DNA of 64,000 bases from Deltaproteobacteria bacterium (lineage in GTDB: Bacteria > Myxococcota > Kuafuiibacteriia > Kuafuiibacteriales > Kuafuiibacteriaceae). Shown here one piece after another: positions 49,911 through 58,266 of the stretch (positions are counted from its first letter, which is position 1; the number at the start of each line of letters is the position of its first letter). The stretch covers positions 160,001 through 224,000 of the forward strand of contig JAVJQW010000050.1 in assembly GCA_040218735.1 (NCBI GenBank). The letters are read 5' to 3'. The translations under genes and the position numbers were made by a program. A model generated the notes under the pieces. The model did no database searches and had not been told where the DNA came from. It was given only the letters and a program-made list of their open reading frames with translations.

Positions 49911-51875
49911 ATGCGACGACGACTCATTACACCCGCGCTCCTCTGTCTCCCGCTCGCGCTCACCGTCAGCTGCACCGGTAACGGTGACGACGACACCGGC
50001 GACGACACCCCGACCCCCCGCGACGGCGGCATCGTGGAACGCGACGCCGGCCCGCCGCGCGACGCCGGCCCGCGCGACGGCGGCCTCCTCCCCTGCATCT
50101 TCGACCAGGGCGGCTACGACAACCGCGGCTGCCCCTCCGGCATGGTCTGCAACCTCGAGATGGATCCGCCAGCCTGTGTCGCGGGCAAGGCTTGCTCGAC
50201 GGACAGCGACTGCGACACGTGCTCCGACCTGAACCCCGCGAACCGCGAAGAGTGCGGGCACGGCTTCTCGCTCACCGCGTGGTGCGACCCGAGCCACGGC
50301 AACGTGTGTACGCGCTCGCGCGCACCGTGTGAGCCGTGTGAGACGGACGCCGAGTGCGGCCGCCGCCACCCCGTCCTCGCGAACGGCGCGCCGAACGTCT
50401 GCGTCGAGTTCGTGCCGGGCGGTGACAAGTTCTGCACGCGCAGCGCGCCGAACTGCCCCGACGGCTTCACCGTCGACACCGAGACCAACCTCTGCACCCG
50501 CGTCGCGGGCTGCGCCCCGCTGCCCACCGTCTGCCCGGCGAACCCGGTGATGCAGTCGTGCGGCAACGGTCAGATCTGTGAGGGCGAGACCTGCCCCGAC
50601 ACCGGCGGCGCGCGCTGCTCGACCAACAACGAGCCGGGCGTGCTCGGCACGTGCATCGGCTTCTGCACGCAGGACTCCGACTGCCCCGAGGCCACGCCGA
50701 TCTGCAACAAGGGCAACGGCATCTGCATCAGCGGCTGCACCCCGGGCAGCTGCCCGGACACGCAGGTCTGCCACCTCGACGGCTTCTGCGCCCCGCGCTG
50801 CGAAGCGGACACCGACTGCACGGGCAACCCGGACTACGGCGAGCAGACCTACTGCAACCTGCCGGGCCGCCCGCAGCCGACGCTGTTCAAGACGTACCGC
50901 GACCCGAACTCGTGCGCGCCGCTCGGCTGCGAGCGCTCGCAGGAAGATTGCTGGGGCGGCACCAAGGAGCGCGTGTGTGACCCGACGCAGGCGCCCCCGC
51001 GCTGCGTCGACGGCTGCTACCGCGACGAAGACGACGAGAACCCCGAGCTGTCCGACTGCCGCTCCGGCCGCATCTGCCGCTCGGGTCCGCAGGGCTCGTA
51101 CACCCGCGAGCAGTGCCGCGCGCTGCCCGACAAGACGAACGAGGCCGAGATCGGCGTCTGCTGTGACCCGGGCTGCCGCGACCGCAACCTGCAGTGCGTC
51201 GGCTTCGGCAAGTTCTGTTGCGCCGAGCCGGACTCGCCGTACGAGGACGACTCGACGTGCCTCACGCTGACGTCGACGGACTCCGTCGTCGCGCAGCCGG
51301 GCGAATGCTTCGAGCACCCCGCGCCCGCGCCGTTCTGCACGCAGTGCAACGTGCCGGAGTTCCCGGGGTGTGACTCGCAGTGGACGGCCGGCTTCAACAC
51401 CGACCCGAACTTCAACGGCGGCATGCCGTTCCAGGAGCAGGAGTTCTGCACGACGATCGCGACGAACATGGGGATGCCCCCGTCGATCGCCATCTGCACC
51501 GTGACCTGCGATCCGAAGAAGGAAGACACCGGCTGCCCGAGCCGCTGGTCCTGCACGGCGCTGCGCCCCGGCTGCCTCTCGAACGCGGACTGCAACGAGG
51601 GCAACGACATGGGTGGCCTCGAGTGCATCGGTGAGGACACCTCGACGAACCCGCCGACGGAGGGGGTCTGCAAGTGCGGTGAGGACCTCGTCCAGACCGT
51701 CGCGTGCCCGAACACCTATCCGCGCGTCGGCATGGGCATGGTCGAGATCGAACGGCCGCGCTGCGAGCCGTTCTCGGACGACATGGTCTGCGTCGGCACG
51801 TACACCTGTCAGCCTCCGGGCACGGACCTCGACGGCACGGGCTATCCCGCCGCGTGTAACTTCATGCCGCAGTAG
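49911..51875 (+). CDS. Cysteine-rich surface lipoprotein
   Basis: Lipobox TVSC; RDAG/RDGG linker; about 70 further Cys with C-x2-D-x-D/E-C units. Confidence 0.9.
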   Translation: MRRRLITPALLCLPLALTVSCTGNGDDDTGDDTPTPRDGGIVERDAGPPRDAGPRDGGLLPCIFDQGGYDNRGCPSGMVCNLEMDPPACVAGKACSTDSDCDTCSDLNPANREECGHGFSLTAWCDPSHGNVCTRSRAPCEPCETDAECGRRHPVLANGAPNVCVEFVPGGDKFCTRSAPNCPDGFTVDTETNLCTRVAGCAPLPTVCPANPVMQSCGNGQICEGETCPDTGGARCSTNNEPGVLGTCIGFCTQDSDCPEATPICNKGNGICISGCTPGSCPDTQVCHLDGFCAPRCEADTDCTGNPDYGEQTYCNLPGRPQPTLFKTYRDPNSCAPLGCERSQEDCWGGTKERVCDPTQAPPRCVDGCYRDEDDENPELSDCRSGRICRSGPQGSYTREQCRALPDKTNEAEIGVCCDPGCRDRNLQCVGFGKFCCAEPDSPYEDDSTCLTLTSTDSVVAQPGECFEHPAPAPFCTQCNVPEFPGCDSQWTAGFNTDPNFNGGMPFQEQEFCTTIATNMGMPPSIAICTVTCDPKKEDTGCPSRWSCTALRPGCLSNADCNEGNDMGGLECIGEDTSTNPPTEGVCKCGEDLVQTVACPNTYPRVGMGMVEIERPRCEPFSDDMVCVGTYTCQPPGTDLDGTGYPAACNFMPQ

Positions 51876-51904
51876 TCCGACTCGGATAGTAGACTCGGGC
51901 CGCC

Positions 51905-53680
51905 TTGCCTGCGCCCGCTCCCTCCACAGCCGGCCCTCGCCGCATCCGCGATTACTTCAAGCGGTATGCGGTGGGGTTCGCGCTCGGGCTCATCGCCCTC
52001 ATCGCCACGCAAGGCTTCGCGCTCGCCGCGCCGCAGTTGCTCCGCATCGCGACCGACGCGCTGATCGCCTCCGACTCCGATCGGGTGATCGAGGCGGCGT
52101 TCATGTTGATGGGCGTCGCCGTGCTCGGCGGCGCCGCGCGCGTCGTGTCGCGGATCCAGATCTTCAACAACGGTCGGCGCGTCGAGTACGACCTGCGAAA
52201 CGACATCTTCGCGCACCTGCTCCGTCTGCCGCCGGCGTTCTACGACAAGATGCCCGTCGGCCAGGTCATGAGCCGGATGGTCAACGACCTGACGCAAGTT
52301 CGCTTGCTCCTGGGTCCGGGCATCCTGAACCTGACGAACACCACGCTGGTGTACATCGTCGTGATCCCGCTGCTGTTCATCACGGACTTCTGGCTGACGG
52401 TGTACGCCCTGCTGCCGCTGCCGGTGCTGCTGATGCTCGGGCGCATCTTCGCGAAGTTCATCTACCGGTGGTCGCGCGAGTCGCAGGACAAACTCGCTAT
52501 CCTGTCGTCCAAGGTGCAAGAGAACTTGTCGGGCGTCATGACGGTGCGCGCGTACCGGCAGGAGGGCAACGAAGCGTCGACCTTCCTGAAGATGTCCGAG
52601 GACTACCTCGACACCAACATCAAGCTCGCGCGGCTGCGCGGGACGATGTTCCCGATGATGGGCGTCGCGGGGGCGATCGGATCGTTGGTCGTGTTGTGGG
52701 TCGGCGGGCACCGCATCATGGACGGGCAGATGACCGTCGGTGAGTTCGTCGGTTACAACGCCTACCTCGCCGCGTTGACGTGGCCGACGATCGCGCTGGG
52801 TTGGATGATCTCGCTCATCCAGCGCGGGCTCGCCGCGATGGAGCGCGTCAACGAGATCTTCTCGGCCGAGCCTGCGCTCGTCGACGGTGACGCGACGCCC
52901 GCGGCGCTCGCCGGTCGCATCGAGCTCGACGACCTCACCTTCGCCTACGCAGAAGGCGACGCCCCCGCGCTCCAGAACCTCACCACCACCATCGAACCCG
53001 GCGAGATGGTCGTGGTGGTCGGACGCACCGGGTGCGGCAAGTCCACGCTGCTGGAGGTCCTCGCGCGCCTCCTCGAGGTCGAGCGCGGACAGGTGCGCTT
53101 CGACGGCGTGGACGTGAACGACCTGCCCCTCGCGCACGTGCGAGATCAGATCGGGTACGCGCCGCAGGACGCGTTCCTGTTCTCGCGGACGCTCTTCGAG
53201 AATGTCGCGTTCGGCGCGCCCGACGCGAGCGACGACGACGTCGAGGAGGCGGTGCGGCTCGCGTCGTTCGACGGTGACGTCGCCGGGTTCTCCAACGGGC
53301 TCGAGACGATCGTCGGCGAACGCGGCGTCACCCTCTCCGGCGGTCAACGCCAACGCACGACGCTCGCACGCGCGCTGCTCGTCGACCCGCCGATCCTGAT
53401 CCTCGACGACACCCTCTCCGCTGTCGACACCGAGACGGAGACCGCGATCCTCGACGCGCTCGTGCAGGAGAAGTCGAAGCGCACGTTGGTCGTCGCGACG
53501 CACCGGCTCGCCGCCGCCGCGCGCGCCGATCGGATCCTCGTGCTCGAGCACGGCAAACTCGTCGAGCAAGGCACCGAGGCCGAGCTCCTCGCGCTCGACG
53601 GCGTCTACGCCGCGATGCACCGACGGCAGCGGTTGGAGAACGCGCTCACCGCGTCCAGCCCGGAGAAACCGGCGGCATGA
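51905..53680 (+). CDS. ABC exporter TMD-NBD subunit (MdlA-like)
   Basis: Six TM; GRTGCGKS, LSGGQRQR, ILDD (non-canonical Walker B). Confidence 0.93.
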   Translation: MPAPAPSTAGPRRIRDYFKRYAVGFALGLIALIATQGFALAAPQLLRIATDALIASDSDRVIEAAFMLMGVAVLGGAARVVSRIQIFNNGRRVEYDLRNDIFAHLLRLPPAFYDKMPVGQVMSRMVNDLTQVRLLLGPGILNLTNTTLVYIVVIPLLFITDFWLTVYALLPLPVLLMLGRIFAKFIYRWSRESQDKLAILSSKVQENLSGVMTVRAYRQEGNEASTFLKMSEDYLDTNIKLARLRGTMFPMMGVAGAIGSLVVLWVGGHRIMDGQMTVGEFVGYNAYLAALTWPTIALGWMISLIQRGLAAMERVNEIFSAEPALVDGDATPAALAGRIELDDLTFAYAEGDAPALQNLTTTIEPGEMVVVVGRTGCGKSTLLEVLARLLEVERGQVRFDGVDVNDLPLAHVRDQIGYAPQDAFLFSRTLFENVAFGAPDASDDDVEEAVRLASFDGDVAGFSNGLETIVGERGVTLSGGQRQRTTLARALLVDPPILILDDTLSAVDTETETAILDALVQEKSKRTLVVATHRLAAAARADRILVLEHGKLVEQGTEAELLALDGVYAAMHRRQRLENALTASSPEKPAA

Positions 53681-55482
53681 GCACCCGAACGCGCCGCCGC
53701 GGCATCCGCGCCGTCTCCGAAGAGGTGACGTTCGGCAAGGCGTACGACGCGCGCCTCGTGCGCCGGCTCGCCGTGTTCTTCGGTCCGCACCGCGCCCTCC
53801 TGGTGCTCGCGGCCGCCTCGTACCCGGTCGTCGCGGGGCTCGGGCTCGTGCAGCCGTACCTGGTGAAGCTGGCCATCGACGATCACCTCGTCCCGAAGCA
53901 GCCCGACGGCTTCGCGCTGATCCTCGCGCTGATGATCGGCGCGCTCGGGTTCGAGTTCGCCGCCAAGTTCGCGCAGACCATCCTCACGCAGCTCCTCGGT
54001 CAGCGCGTCACGCGCGACCTTCGGCTCGCGCTGTTCAACAAACTCCAGGAGGTCGACCTCGCGCACATCGAGCGCAACCCGGTCGGCCGCCTCATGACGC
54101 GCGTGACCAACGACGTCGAGTCGTTGTCCGAGACGTTCTCCACCGGCGCGATCAGCATCGTCGGCGACATGGTCACGCTCGCGGGCATCGTGGTGATGAT
54201 GCTCGCGCTCGACGTCCGGCTGACGCTCTACGCGTTCATGGTCGTGCCGGTCCTGATCGTCTTCGTGAGCGTGATGCGCAAGTTCGCGCGCGAGGCCTTC
54301 CGGCGGGTGCGATCGCTGCTGTCGCAGATGAACGCGTTCCTCAACGAGTCGGTGTCGGGCATGTCGCTCATCCAGTCGTTCCGTCAGGAGTCGACGATGG
54401 CGGGCGAGTTCGACGACGTGAACGACGCGTACAAACGCGCCAACTTCTCGTCGATCCGCTACGACGCGATGACCTACGCGACGGTGGAGGCGGTCTCGAC
54501 CATGGCGATCGCGACCACCCTCCTCTTCGGGCTGGGGGTCTTCGAGTCCGGCGAAGCGCAGATCGGTCTGTTCGTCGCCTTCGTCGACTACCTGCGGCGC
54601 TTCTTCCAACCGATCAACGAGCTGTCGACGAAGTACACGATGCTCCAGTCCGCGATGGCCTCGGCCGAGCGCTGCGTCGACCTCCTCGACCAACACCCCA
54701 CCGTCGTCGAGACGGACGATCCGAAGGCGCTCGGTGCGTTCTCGGACGCGCTCCGGTTCGAGAAGGTCCGCTTCGCGTACAGCGAGAAGGGCCCCGAGAT
54801 TCTGCACGGCCTCGACCTCGTGGTGAAGAAGGGCGAGAAGGTTGCGATCGTCGGCCCCACCGGCGCGGGCAAGTCGACGATCGTGAAGCTCGTCGCCCGC
54901 TTCTACGACCCGTCCGACGGCAAGGTCACCTTCGACGGCGTCGACCTGCGCGACGCACGCATCGACGACGTGCGCAGCAAGCTCGCGGTGGTGCTCCAGG
55001 ACTCGTACCTGTTCGACGGCACCATCCGCGACAACATCCGCTTCGGGCGCCGCGACCTCACCGACGACGACCTGCAGGCCGCCGCGAAGCGCACCTGCGC
55101 GATGGAGGTGATCGGGCGCCTCGAGGAAGGCTTCGACGCACGCGTAGGAGAACGCGGCTCGCGCCTGTCGACGGGCCAGCGACAGCTGATCGCGTTCGCG
55201 CGCGCGCTCGCGCTGGATCCGGAGATCCTGGTGCTCGACGAAGCCACGAGCTCGGTCGACCCCGAGACGGAGTCGCTGATCCAGACGGGCCTCGAAGCGC
55301 TGATCGAGGACCGCACCGCGATCATCATCGCGCACCGCCTCTCCACGATTCGCCGCGCCGACCGCATCATCGTGCTCGCGCAGGGGCAGGTGGTCGAACA
55401 GGGCTCGCACGACGAGTTGCTCGCGCTGGGCGGGGTCTACAAGAACCTCTACGAGCTGCAGTTCGCCGAGCAGGCGCCGTGA
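53677..55482 (+). CDS. ABC exporter TMD-NBD subunit (MdlB-like)
   Basis: GPTGAGKS, LSTGQRQ, VLDEAT, AHRL; ATGA overlap. Confidence 0.93.
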   Translation: MSTRTRRRGIRAVSEEVTFGKAYDARLVRRLAVFFGPHRALLVLAAASYPVVAGLGLVQPYLVKLAIDDHLVPKQPDGFALILALMIGALGFEFAAKFAQTILTQLLGQRVTRDLRLALFNKLQEVDLAHIERNPVGRLMTRVTNDVESLSETFSTGAISIVGDMVTLAGIVVMMLALDVRLTLYAFMVVPVLIVFVSVMRKFAREAFRRVRSLLSQMNAFLNESVSGMSLIQSFRQESTMAGEFDDVNDAYKRANFSSIRYDAMTYATVEAVSTMAIATTLLFGLGVFESGEAQIGLFVAFVDYLRRFFQPINELSTKYTMLQSAMASAERCVDLLDQHPTVVETDDPKALGAFSDALRFEKVRFAYSEKGPEILHGLDLVVKKGEKVAIVGPTGAGKSTIVKLVARFYDPSDGKVTFDGVDLRDARIDDVRSKLAVVLQDSYLFDGTIRDNIRFGRRDLTDDDLQAAAKRTCAMEVIGRLEEGFDARVGERGSRLSTGQRQLIAFARALALDPEILVLDEATSSVDPETESLIQTGLEALIEDRTAIIIAHRLSTIRRADRIIVLAQGQVVEQGSHDELLALGGVYKNLYELQFAEQAP

Positions 55483-56519
55483 CATTTGCGCTCGTCGCGC
55501 TGGCGGCGATCGCCGGGCAGACCGCGACGCCCGTCGTGCCGCCCGCGCCCGAGGCCGAGCGCGACGCGTTCCGCTACGCCAAGTACGCGGCGCTGATCGA
55601 CGGCGTGTGGAGCGGCGCGATGACGGTCGCGTGGTCGCTGTCGGCGAACAGCCACCGCACGCCCCAACCCGAAGGGGCGATCGGCATCGTCCTCGCGCGG
55701 GTGTTGTACGGGACGACGTGGACCGTGCAGGTCGCGCTCAACACCGCCCTGCTCCGCTTCGCGCTCGGCGAGGACTTCGACGGCCTCGAGAAGGGCTCGC
55801 TCCGCAACAACTGGCTGGTTGGGCTCGACATCCCTGCGCCGTGTGAGCGCGGCGGCGGCGACACGTGCGGGCTCGGGCTCGGTGGCTACAGCGAGATCAC
55901 CGTGAAGCTGCGCTCGGGGCTCGAGCTCACCATGACCGGTGGGTGGATCCAGGGTCGCTTCGACACCGACGAGCGGCGCACGCTCATACAGAGCACGTGG
56001 ATCCAGGCGCCGCTGATCGTACGTACGCGACACCGTGCCGAGCTCGGACCCGTCGCGTTCGAGGCGGTCTTCGGCGGCGGGCTCTACTACGGGATGCACA
56101 ATGCCCACGTGCACGAGCGCCCGGCCTTTCGGGGGGACCTCGACGTGCCGCCCTGGGAGCTCATCGTCCTGCACGCCGGCGCCGGGGTCGGAGCCCACGC
56201 CAAGGTCGCGGTGGATCTGTTCGACCTCATCACCGTCGAGGGCGAGGCCGACCTCGCCCCATTCTTGATCAACGTCCGGCCGCGCCCGCCCGACGTGGTC
56301 GCGCCCCTCGCGGCCGAACGGACCGGCCTCCCCGTCTGGCGGCGCGCGTCGGTCGGCGTCGGGCTCGCGGACGGCATCCTCCCGGTCCGCCTCTCCGTTA
56401 GGTACTACGGGCTGGAGCTGGGGCCCCGTCCGACGGACGGGTTCGGCCACCGCGGGCTCATCTTCCAGTTCGAGACGCCGTTCGAGCTCGAGGACGACGA
56501 AGACGACCCCTCCAAATAG
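55479..56519 (+). CDS. Hypothetical exported beta-strand-rich protein (possible outer-membrane barrel)
   Basis: Signal-like N-terminus; amphipathic strands; GTGA overlap with the ABC gene. Confidence 0.65.
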   Translation: MTFALVALAAIAGQTATPVVPPAPEAERDAFRYAKYAALIDGVWSGAMTVAWSLSANSHRTPQPEGAIGIVLARVLYGTTWTVQVALNTALLRFALGEDFDGLEKGSLRNNWLVGLDIPAPCERGGGDTCGLGLGGYSEITVKLRSGLELTMTGGWIQGRFDTDERRTLIQSTWIQAPLIVRTRHRAELGPVAFEAVFGGGLYYGMHNAHVHERPAFRGDLDVPPWELIVLHAGAGVGAHAKVAVDLFDLITVEGEADLAPFLINVRPRPPDVVAPLAAERTGLPVWRRASVGVGLADGILPVRLSVRYYGLELGPRPTDGFGHRGLIFQFETPFELEDDEDDPSK

Positions 56520-56638
56520 GGGTTTTATGCGCCTCTAATCGCACGCCTCGCCACATTGTCTGCATTTTCACACACCACCTGAACGGGCCCGACCGAAAAC
56601 CAAATGGGGTGCTCTACGCGCGCCCCGGTAGGAGCTCG

Positions 56639-58225
56639 ATGGGCACGCGGCCAAGAATCGAGGTGGATCCGGCGGACACGATTCCGAACGTGCCCGCGAT
56701 CCTGGCCCCGATCGACGTGTCCGACGTCGTCGAGCAGGACGGACCGCGCTACGCGATCGTCGGCTCCATCCACCGCGGCGGCATGGGGGAGATCCTCCTC
56801 GCGCGCGTCGAGGGCCCCGAAGGCTTCTCGCGGAAGGTCGTCCTGAAGGGCCTGCTGTCCAAATTGTCCCAGGACGACGTCAGCTATCAGCTCTTCATGC
56901 ATGAGGCGCTGCTGATGTCGCGGCTCGACCACCCGAACATCGTCCGGGTCTTCGACCTCCCGCGCGTCGGCGGCAAGCCGTACCTCGCGATGGAGTACCT
57001 GCGCGGGCGCAACTTCCACCAGGTCATCCAGCGCGCGGCCTCGCAGGGCAAAACGGTGCCGACGAAGATCGCGCTGCACGTCGTCGCCCAGGCGCTGCGC
57101 GGCCTCCACTACGCACACAGCCAGAAGACCGACGAGGGTGATCTGCTCGGCGTCATCCACCGCGACGTCAGCCCCGGCAACCTCCTGCTGTCGTTCTTCG
57201 GCGAGGTGAAGGTCACCGACTTCGGCATCGCGAAGATCGCCAACTCCCCCCGGTTCACCGGCCCGCGTTCCATCCGCGGCAAGGCGCGCTACGTCGCGCC
57301 GGAGCAGGTGCACGGCGAGCCCGCGACGATCCTCTCGGACATCTACTCCGCCGGCGTCGTGCTCGCAGAGGCGCTCCTCGGCGAGCCGCTCTGGGAGCGC
57401 AAGACCGTCCCCGAGACGCTCCTCGCGATCGTCAGCGAGGACCGCGAGAAGACGATCGACCGCATCCTCCGGCGGCACGAGGACGTCCCCGGCCTCTCCG
57501 CCGCGCTGCGCGGCTCGCTCGCGCTTCGTCCGGAGGATCGCTTCGCGTCGGCGCTTCAGTTCGCGGAGACACTCGAATCCATCGCGCGCGCGATCGGCGG
57601 CACGCTGACCGACGTCGAGCTCGGCCTGTACGTCCGTGCCCTGTTCGTCGACGCCCCCGACGTCCCGCACGACGACGGGTTCGGCCGCTCCGGCTTCCCG
57701 GTGCCGAAGTTCGAGATGCTCGAGGAGGACACCGACTCCACGATCATCACGCTCGAACCGGACTGGATCAAACAGCACTCGATCGCGTCGACGACGCGGA
57801 TGCGCCCCACGGAGCCTCGCGTCCTGCCGCCACCGCTCCCGCTGACGCCCTCCTCCCGTCCGACGCCGGACGTTCGCCCGAACGAGCCGATGGCCGACGC
57901 CTCACTCGACGTCGCGGACACCGCGATCAAGGCGGGGACGCCGGGGGTCATCAAGGCGAGCGCGCTCCCCGAGCAAATCGCGATCTTCCACGACCCGGCC
58001 GAACCGGCGCGGGAATACTCGTTCTCGGAGCTCCCGGCCTACCCGACGGCGCCGGAGGCGGCCGACTCCCCCCTCCGTCGCCCCGCGCGCCGGATGCGGT
58101 CGCCGCTCCCCCGCTCCGAGAGCCTCGCGACCCAGCGCGCCATGACCTTCCTGCTCGCCGGGATCTTCATCGGCGCGTCGCTCGCGATCGCCGGCTGTGT
58201 CATTGCGCTACTCGCGGGCCCGTAG
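56639..58225 (+). CDS. Ser/Thr protein kinase with C-terminal membrane anchor
   Basis: RGGMGEI, VVLK, HRDVSPGN, DFG, GKARYVAPE; terminal TM helix; AGGAG RBS. Confidence 0.93.
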   Translation: MGTRPRIEVDPADTIPNVPAILAPIDVSDVVEQDGPRYAIVGSIHRGGMGEILLARVEGPEGFSRKVVLKGLLSKLSQDDVSYQLFMHEALLMSRLDHPNIVRVFDLPRVGGKPYLAMEYLRGRNFHQVIQRAASQGKTVPTKIALHVVAQALRGLHYAHSQKTDEGDLLGVIHRDVSPGNLLLSFFGEVKVTDFGIAKIANSPRFTGPRSIRGKARYVAPEQVHGEPATILSDIYSAGVVLAEALLGEPLWERKTVPETLLAIVSEDREKTIDRILRRHEDVPGLSAALRGSLALRPEDRFASALQFAETLESIARAIGGTLTDVELGLYVRALFVDAPDVPHDDGFGRSGFPVPKFEMLEEDTDSTIITLEPDWIKQHSIASTTRMRPTEPRVLPPPLPLTPSSRPTPDVRPNEPMADASLDVADTAIKAGTPGVIKASALPEQIAIFHDPAEPAREYSFSELPAYPTAPEAADSPLRRPARRMRSPLPRSESLATQRAMTFLLAGIFIGASLAIAGCVIALLAGP

Positions 58226-58266
58226 GACTGCCGGGATTTCCCGCCGCCTGGTAACCTCCTGGACCC

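Noticed and set aside
49878-51317. 479-aa minus-strand Ala-rich ORF
   Set aside because: Mirror of TGC-rich codons in the Cys-rich gene
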